Of a DNA stretch of 64,000 nucleotides, positions 56,760 through 64,000 are shown one piece after another. The position numbers and the translations under genes were made by a program. The stretch's first letter is position 1; each line of letters starts with the position of its first letter. The DNA is from Scyliorhinus canicula (lineage: Eukaryota). The stretch lies in NCBI RefSeq assembly GCF_902713615.1, contig NC_052164.1, positions 99,347,575-99,411,574 on the forward strand, written 5' to 3'. The notes beneath the pieces were generated by a model. The model made no database searches, was not told the DNA's origin, and saw only the letters and a program-made list of their open reading frames with translations.

Positions 56760-56818
56760 GGAGTCCGATGAGGAGCGGCAGCGACCCGGGTCCAGCGGTC
56801 CAGTCCCGAGGGGAAGTC

Positions 56819-57115
56819 AAGATGGCGGCGTCCGAAGGACCTCTGGGGGAGAAGATGGCGGCGCCCATGCAGCGCACATTGCGGGCGCGGGGCAAGATGG
56901 TGGCGCCCATGGTGCGCACATTGTGGGGGCGGGGCAAGATGGCAGCACCCACTGGCCGCACGTGAACATGGGGGGGAAGATGGCGGCGCCCATGGTGCAC
57001 ACGTTGTGGGGGCAGTGCAAGATGGCGGCGCCCACGGGCCGCACGTGGACCTGGGGGGAGAAGATGGCGGCGCCCACTGGTCGCACGTGGCCCCAGGAGC
57101 AGAGGATGGCGGCGC
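56819..57115 (+). repeat. 42-bp-period repeat between gag and protease, each unit carrying AAGATGGCGGC or a variant
   Basis: Motif starts at 56819, 56852, 56894, 56936, 56977, 57019, 57061 and 57103. Confidence 0.9.
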
Positions 57116-57118
57116 CCC

Positions 57119-57914
57119 TTGCGCGATCGGCTGAGGGAAGGGAGAGAAATTGGGCGCGATAGCGGCAACTGCGCGGGCCTGGCACACTGCCGCAAAGTGG
57201 CCCTTCTTGCCGCAGGATTTGGAGGTGGTGGCACGGGCTGGGCAGCGCTGGCGGGGATGCTTCTGTTGGCCGCAGAAGTAGCAGCGGGCAGCGCAGGCAT
57301 ATTGTGCAGGAGAGGCCCCAGTCGGGGGGGTCGGTTGCGGGGTCCATGAGGGGTAGGATGGGTGGGCCGCGCGGTGAGCGGGGTAGGACTGTAAAATACG
57401 AGAAGCGACCGTTATGGAGAGCGCTAAAGCTTTCGTCTCCATTAGGTCGAGCGCGGCCCCTTCCAGCAGTCGTTGCCGGATGGGGTCCGATGCAATCCCC
57501 GTCACGAATGCATCACGCATGAGGAGATTGGAATGTTCCGTGGCCGTGACGGCCTGGCAGCCGCAGTCCCGGTACGAGAGGGATAAGGGCCCACCAGAAG
57601 TCTTCAATCGACTCACCAGGTAGTTGTACGCGAGTGGCGAGTACATGCCTCGCAAACAGCGTGTTCGTCTTCTGGACGTAGTTTTCTTTAAGGAGTTCCA
57701 TGGCGCGTGTGTAGTTCGGCGCATCCTGTATCAGCGGGAACACACTGGAACTCAACCTTGAGTAGAGAACCTGGATTTTCTGAGCTTCCGTCGGCTCGGG
57801 TGTCGCTGAGTTGATGTAGGCCTCGAAGCAAGCCAGCCAGTGATTAAAGTCCTTTCTGGCGTTTGGCGAGTGCGGATCCAGCTGCAAGCGATCTGGTTTG
57901 ATCCTGATGTCCAT
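57119..57914 (-). pseudogene. Gypsy gag (frameshifted)
   Basis: MDIRIKPDRLQLDPHSPNARKDFNHWLACFEAYINS... After a frame change it continues ...LMRDAFVTGIASDPIRQRLLE... and the zinc knuckles CYFCGQQKHPRQRC and (S)KSCGKKGHFAAVC, where the first Cys of the second knuckle is lost. Confidence 0.88.
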
Positions 57915-57941
57915 GATGCGGAAAATCTAATTGTAATAAAT

Positions 57942-58142
57942 TGATGCGCTATCAATTGTACTAAAGACTTGAATGGGTACAAAAGAGGCTTTATTACAGT
58001 TAGATGTTTATCCTCCAACTGCAGCCGGTAGAATGGCTGCTCAGGAGAACTCATATATATTTATACGGCGAACCTGTAATACAGGTACTGCTGTACATCC
58101 CCTAATACAGGCACACACACAATTACACAGAGGATCACAACA
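57942..58142 (-). repeat. 5' LTR of the Gypsy element (201 bp)
   Basis: Same tgatgcgctatcaattg start. TATAAATA on - at 58065-58058 and AATAAA on - near 57990-57995. About 40 bp shorter than the other LTR, with many substitutions. Confidence 0.92.
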
Positions 58143-59109
58143 GTCAGGGTCTCAGAATGTGATTAGCGGAGGACGGAGCTCTCAGCCTGTGATTGGGGGA
58201 GGGAGGGGAGTCTCAGGCTGTGATTGGGGGAGGGAGGGGGGTCTCAGGGTGTGATTGGGGGAGGGAGGGGGGTCTCAGGGTGTGATTGGGGGAGGGAGGA
58301 GAGTCTCAGGCTGCGATTGGGGGAGAGAGGGGGTCAGGCTGTGATTAGCGGAGGATGGAGCTCAGCCTGTGATTGGGGGAAGGAGGGGGGGATTAGGCTG
58401 TGATTGGGGGAGGGAGGGAAGTCTCAGGCTGCGATTGGGGGAAGGAGGGGAGTCTCAGCCTGTGATTGGGGGAGGGAGAGGAGTCTCAGGCTGTGATTGG
58501 GGGAGGGAGGGGAGTCTCAGGGTGTGATTGGGGAGGGAGGGGGGTCTCAGGCTGTGATTGGGGGAGGGAGGGGGTCCGGCTGTAATTAGCGGAGCACGGA
58601 GCTCTCAGGCTGTGATTGGGGGAGGGAGAGGGTCAGGCTGTGATTGAGGAAGGGAGGGGAGTCTCAGGCAGTGATTGGGGGAGGGAGGGGAGTCTCAGGC
58701 AGTGATTGGGGGAGGGAGGGGGTCAGGCTGTGATTAGCGGAGGATGGAGCTCTCAGCCTGTGATTGGGGGAGGGAGGGGGTCAGGCTGTGATTGGGGGAG
58801 GGAGGGGAGTCTCAGGCTGTGGTTGGGGGAGGGAGGGGGTCAGGCTGTGATTGGGGAGGGAGGGGAGTCTCAGGCTGTGATTGGGGGAGGGAGGGGAGTC
58901 TCAGGCAGTGATTGGGGGAGGGAGGGGGTCAGGCTGTGATTGGGGGAGGGAGGGGGTCAGGCTGTGATTGGGGGAGGGAGGGGAGTCTCAGGCTGTGATT
59001 GGGGGAGGGAGGGGAGTCTCAGGCTGTGATTGGGGGAGGGAGGGGGTCAGGCTGTGATTGGGGGAGGGAGGGGAGTCTCAGGCTGTGATTGGGGGAGGGA
59101 GGGGGTCAG
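58143..59109 (+). repeat. G-rich minisatellite, block 2
   Basis: Direct inspection. Confidence 0.95.
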
Positions 59110-59670
59110 GCTGTCCACATTAACTCTTACCAACTTTTACAGGTGCACCATAGGAAGTATCCTATAGGGCTGCATCACAGCCTGGTATGGCAACTGCTTG
59201 GCCCAGGACCGCAAGAAACTTCAGAGAGTCGTGAACACAGCCCAGTCCATCACACGAACCTGCCTCCCATCCATTGACTCTTTCTACAGCTCCAGCTGCC
59301 TGGGGAAAGCGGGCAGCATAATCAAAGATCCCTCCCACCCGGCTTACTCACTCTTCCAACTTCTTCCATCGGGCAGGAGATACAGAAGTCTGAGAACACG
59401 CACGAACAGACTCAAAAACAGCTTCTTCCCCACTGTCACCAGACTCCTAAATGAGCCTCTTGTGGACTGACCTCATTAACACTACACCCTGTATGCTTCA
59501 CCCGATGCTAGTGCTTATCTAGTTACATTGTATATCTTGCGTTGCCCTATTATGTATTTTCTTTTCTTCCCTTTTCTTCCCATGTACTTAATGATCTGTT
59601 GAGCTGCTCACAGAAAAATACTTTTTACTGTACCTCAGTACACGTGACAATAAACAAATCCAATCCAATC
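59110..59670 (+). mobile_element. Rex1/Babar-type LINE 3' fragment, copy 2 (intact tail)
   Basis: Same translation and the same 5' junction gggtcaggctgtccacattaac; ends caataaacaaatccaatccaatc. Confidence 0.9.
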
Positions 59671-60710
59671 TGTGATTGGGGGAGGGAGTGGGGTCTCAGG
59701 CTGTGATGGGGGAGAGTGGGGAGTCTCAGGCTGTGATTAGGGGAGGGAGGGGAGTCTCAGGCGGTGATTAGGGGAGGGAGGGGAGTCTCAGGCGGTGATT
59801 AGGGGAGAGAGGGTGGGGTCAGGCTGTTATTAGGGGACTAGGGGAGGGAGGGGGACAGGCTGCTATTAGGGGAGGGAGGGGGGTCAGTTTGTGATTAGGG
59901 GAGAGAGGGTGGGGTCAGGCTGTTGTTAGGGGATTAGGGGAGGGAGGGGGTCAGGCCGTGATTAGGGGAGGGAGGGGGTCCAGGCTGTGATTAGGGGAGA
60001 GAGGGGGGTCTCAGGCTGCAATTGGGGGAGGGAGGGGGGTCTCAGGCTGTGATTGGGGAGGGAGGGGGTCAGGCTTTGATTAGGGGAGGGGGGTCTCAGG
60101 CTGCGATTGGGGGAGAGAGGGGGGTCTCAGGCTGTGATTGGGGGAGGGAGGGGGTCAGGCAGTGATTAGGGGAGAGATGGGGGTCTCAGGCTGTGATTGG
60201 GGGAGGGATGGGGTCAGGCTGCGATTGGGGGAGAGAGGGGGGCCTCAGGCTGTGATTGGGGGAGGGAGGGGGTCAGGCAGTGATTAGGGGAGAGATGGGG
60301 GTCTCAGGCTGTGATTGGGGGAGGGATGGGGTCAGGCTGTGATTGGGGAAGGGGGTCAGGCTGTGATTGGGGGAGGGAGGGGGCTGAGGCTGTGATTGGG
60401 GTAGGGAGGGGGGGTCAGCTTGTGATTAGGGGAGGTAGGGTGGGGTCAGGCTGTTATTAGGGGATTAGGAGTGGGAGGGGGGTCAGGCTGTGATTAAGAG
60501 AGGAAGGGAGGTCTCAGGCTGTGATTGGGGGAGGGAGGGGTCTCGGGCTGTGATTAGGGGAGGGAGAGAGGTCTCAGGCTGTGATTGGGGGAGGGAGGGG
60601 GGTCAGCTTGTGATTAGGGGAGGGAGGCTGGGGTCAGGTTGTTATTAGAGGATTAGGGGAGGGAGGGGGGTCTCAGGCGGTGATTAGGGAAGGGAGAGGT
60701 CCTGGGGACA
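59671..60710 (+). repeat. G-rich minisatellite, block 3
   Basis: Direct inspection; units more variable (gattaggggag variants). Confidence 0.95.
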
Positions 60711-62099
60711 ACACACTTGTTCCTCCTGACTCACAAAGAAACTCCCTAATGAAACAGTTTCTGTACTGCGCCTCCTCCACACCACCCCCCAGATGTTTGA
60801 ACTTGCCACTGCTCCTTCTGGTTCTGATGAATATTAGGGCCATCATTCTGAGCCAGGCTATTTATTTAAAAGAACCCAGTCTCCATCATGTGGGCTTTCT
60901 TTCTAAATGGCATCTTAACACTGGGACATGGGGAGAAGGCAGCAGGATTGAGGAGGCAATGGAGAGGGTGGGGGTGTTGTGACAATATTAACTAATATTT
61001 ATAAAGTGTCATTAATGTCATGCAGCATCCCAAGGTGCTTCAGGGGCACATTATAAAAGAAAGCAATGACATTTGTACTGCAATAGGAGACATTAGCTCG
61101 GATGACCAACAGCTTGGCCATAAAGATAGGCTTTAAGAAGTGGGTGATAGTGAGGTGGGGAGGTTGAGGGAGGAATTCCAGAGCTTGGGACCCAGGTAAC
61201 TGGAGGTATGGCCACCAACGGAGGAGCAATTACACAATTGGGAATGTACAAGAGGCCAGAACAGAGCAGGAGGCCACTTGGCCCATCGAGCCTGCACTGA
61301 CCCTGTGAAAGAGCATCCTACCCACTACCCCACCCTATCCCCATAACCCCACCTAATCTGCACATATTTGGAGTTAGAGGAGGACAGTATCTCGGAGGGT
61401 TGTGGGGTCGGAGGAGATTACAGAGATAGGGAGGGACAAGGATCATGGAGGAGATCTGTGCCAGGCTGGTAGAGTGGGTGAAAATCAGAGGCTGAATTGC
61501 GATGGATGGTCACTTGGCTGAAGTGTCAGGTGGTGACTGTGGAAGTTTAACCCACTGTCTTCAGGCCAGTGAAGAAGATGAAATGTGACTGATACAACTC
61601 TGGAGTAATTTCCTATCCTGTGGCATGTTCCTGGTACTGGGAAGCTGAGATACCGGAACTGCTTCTTTTATATAGCTTTCTATTTTAGCACAGAACTGAG
61701 ATGAGGGAGCTGTTATCTGATACTATTAAATTCACAGTACAACTGGACTAGAGTCAAATTTCCCAACCTGTGCTGGAAACGTATTGATCACTGCATAATG
61801 TTTTATTAAAAAATACATGAGAATTATAACCAGTCCCCTGCGCTCCCGCTGAACTATTTATCTTGGTGTTATGTCATAGAATTTATAGTGCAGAAGGAGA
61901 ATTTATTCAGCAGATTGAGTCAGAAAAAAGTTCGGAAAGTTTTAAAACTTTTATAAAGTTAAAAATATTGAAAGCTGACATTTTTACACAGGCCAGGAGT
62001 GTCTGCGTCTCCAAAGTTATTTGTTGGAAGGTTTTCTGTGAATCGCCAGGTTGAAGACTGTTGTTTTGCTTGGGTCCCTTCGGCTGATGACGAAAGCAG

Positions 62100-62502
62100 T
62101 TTTGTGACTGCAATGCAGAATTCACAGGAACAGGAGGATCGAGGCTCACTCCCATCCCGGCTCCAGGATCGGTCTTCCGCAGTGTGTGCGGAAACTGAGA
62201 GAGAGAGGGAGGGAGGGGAGGGAGGGAGAGGAATCAGAGCAAACAGGAGCACACTCAAATACCAAGAATGCTTGACAGATAAGGCAGTTCCTCTCCTTGC
62301 CTCTCTCACAGTTGCAGCATTAGCTGCTGCATGCAGATTCCCTCTGCTGCTCCAGTCAAGCTTCTTCCTCTCTGGAGCTGGTTATCCCTCCCTCCCTCCT
62401 TCTGGAGATAACAGACGCCAATTCCATCCCTCCCTCCTCCCTCCCTCCCTCAAAAACATTCCAGCGATCTCAACTGCAGTTAATTGGCTAAACTCCCCCA
62501 GA
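62100..62502 (+). promoter_or_regulatory. Putative promoter/5' UTR of the SCN4B-like gene
   Basis: Repeat-free stretch with GA-rich (gagagagagggagggaggggaggg) and CT-rich tracts directly upstream of the leader exon. Confidence 0.4.
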
Positions 62503-62590
62503 ATGAAAGCTCGGAAAGTGCCCCTGGACTACTGTGGCCATGAATCAGCAAAAATCTTCCCGAGGACACTCTTAGTGGCTATTCTAATCG
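62503..62590 (+). CDS. SCN4B: Probable first coding exon (signal peptide) of sodium channel beta-4 subunit
   Basis: ATG at 62503 reads MKARKVPLDYCGHESAKIFPRTLLVAILIG and ends at a strong phase-1 donor ATCG|GTAAGA. The hydrophobic end (LLVAILIG) and phase-1 intron fit an Ig-superfamily leader exon. SCN4B follows SCN2B on the same strand in mammals. Identity rests on synteny; the Ig exons are outside the window. Confidence 0.65.
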
Positions 62591-63732
62591 GTAAGAGAAG
62601 AACTCCCAATATAATCATGTATTGCGGTGACTGTAAATCATCAATAACTTTTGTTCAGTGCTTTATTCACACGTTTAGGTGGATGGATTTCATTATTTTG
62701 GGTTTCTTGCAACTGCAGAGAATATTTCCCCTTCAATCGTAAATGTTCAAGATTATTATTTTCTTGCTATTTCATTCTTTTTTTTCTAACTAGTTTTAGG
62801 TGTTGGCAATTTCCTCGGTTTCCCCAATTTCTAGTCGGTTTTAGATTTGAGTTTTGATCGATTTTCAATTATTTCCTGATTGAGACATGCAAACGCAATA
62901 GAGTCAAACAAATGTTTTTTTTTGCAACTTTTACTGAAGTTCAAATGACCCAGTCAGAATCGGTTCTAGATATTCCAGAACTGGCTGTGACTGTGCCAAA
63001 TATATTTACTTGGAGTTTGAGAAAGTCCCATTACAATCAGAACCCAAAATAAACCAATGTCAGCATTTTGACATTGGTCCCATGTCCCAACCTCTCCCGG
63101 CAGAGTCCAAATCGTGTTTTTGACATTATAGTTTTGATTTGAGATTGGGAGTTTAAAACTGAAATGATTGAGGTGGGCATTGAGATTTAAGAAAGGCAGA
63201 ATTCCTGGGTCAAGAATAGAGATAGGAATTTGACAATGTCAGTAAGTGTGGTCGAGATTTAGATAGAGGGGAAATACCAACCTTTTCATTATTAAAGATT
63301 TGGATTCAGCAGTTCACATCTGGGAGAGGATGCCTATCATCCATTCACCAGCTCCATCTTGGCTTGCAAACTCCTTTCCCACCACTGTGCTAGGAAGAAC
63401 GTGAAAGATTAATTAGCCTTGTTCATCTTTGTTAACATTATTGCTTGGGTCGATGTGATGTGTCTTCGATTAGAGACGCATGGCCGACTGGGGCAATGCT
63501 TGACTTTTCGTAATCTCCAGTTCCCTAGTGGTCTCATAGAGAACTTCAAAAGGACATAGATTGGCATGTGGAATGGGCGGACCTGAGCCAGACATTTAAT
63601 GCATAGAAATATAAAGTCATTCACCTTGGTAGGGAGACCACAGAGAGACAATATAGAGCAAGTGTAGAGGAGTGCAGAAGCAGAGGGACCTGGGTGTATG
63701 AGTGCATCAATCATTAAAAGTGGCAGGACAGG

Positions 63733-63945
63733 GGGTGGCACGGTGACACAGTGGTTAGCACTGCTGCCTCACGGCACCGAGGTCCCAGGTTCGATCCCGG
63801 CTCCGGGTCACTGTCGTGTGGAGTTTGCACATTCTCCCCAGGTTTGCCCCCACAACCCAAAGATGTGCAGGGTAGGTGGATTGGCCACGCTAAATTGCCC
63901 CTTAATTAGAAAAAATGAATCGGATGCTCTAAATTTATTTTTAAA
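63733..63945 (+). mobile_element. Short V-SINE nested in a CR1 fragment (about 63540-64000), in the putative SCN4B intron 1
   Basis: Family match; aaaagtggcaggacagg / aaaagtgggaggacagg flank it as a near-TSD. Confidence 0.82.
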
Positions 63946-64000
63946 AAGTGGGAGGACAGGTTGAGAGGGTGGTGAAAAAAGCGGACACCATCCTCGGCTG

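Larger units (their letters stand above)
52685..58142 (-). mobile_element. Ty3/Gypsy LTR retrotransposon, near full length, frameshifted and probably chimeric
   Basis: TG...CA LTRs at 52685-52926 and 57942-58142. Polypurine tract (AACAGGGAGTGAA on -) abuts the 3' LTR. Domain order is gag, protease, RT, RNase H, integrase. No TSD (left flank ctcgg, right flank gtcag). Confidence 0.95.

Noticed and set aside
61959-62309. Minus-strand 116-aa ORF with a hydrophobic N-terminal segment
   Set aside because: It overlaps the low-complexity GA-rich promoter region, has no supporting splice sites or homology, and the + strand leader exon explains the locus better.

Overview
This is vertebrate genomic DNA, almost certainly a shark. 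That is inferred from abundant HE1/V-SINE-like tRNA-derived SINEs, CR1 and Tx1/L1-like LINEs, and a 69-bp tandem repeat; a catshark is plausible but not shown. The only clear host gene is SCN2B (sodium channel beta-2) on the + strand. Its coding exons 2-4 lie at 15101-15267, 16234-16444 and 20999-21198; exon 1 was not found, and there may be an extra terminal exon at 21848. A probable first coding exon of the neighbouring SCN4B lies at 62503-62590, matching mammalian gene order. The rest is a nested mosaic of transposable elements and tandem repeats. The most unusual object is a Ty3/Gypsy LTR element at 52685-58142 (-). It has no tRNA primer-binding site; instead a 16-nt segment one base after the 5' LTR is complementary to the LTR's own R region, suggesting self-priming. 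It also has a YLDN rather than YxDD reverse-transcriptase motif, a 42-bp-period array of YY1-consensus sites, and about 60 in-frame PAPTP repeats after integrase. Its LTRs are mismatched, it has no target-site duplication (TSD), and it sits between two copies of a duplicated host segment. All alignments and translations were done by eye, and repeat boundaries are approximate unless a TSD or splice site fixes them.
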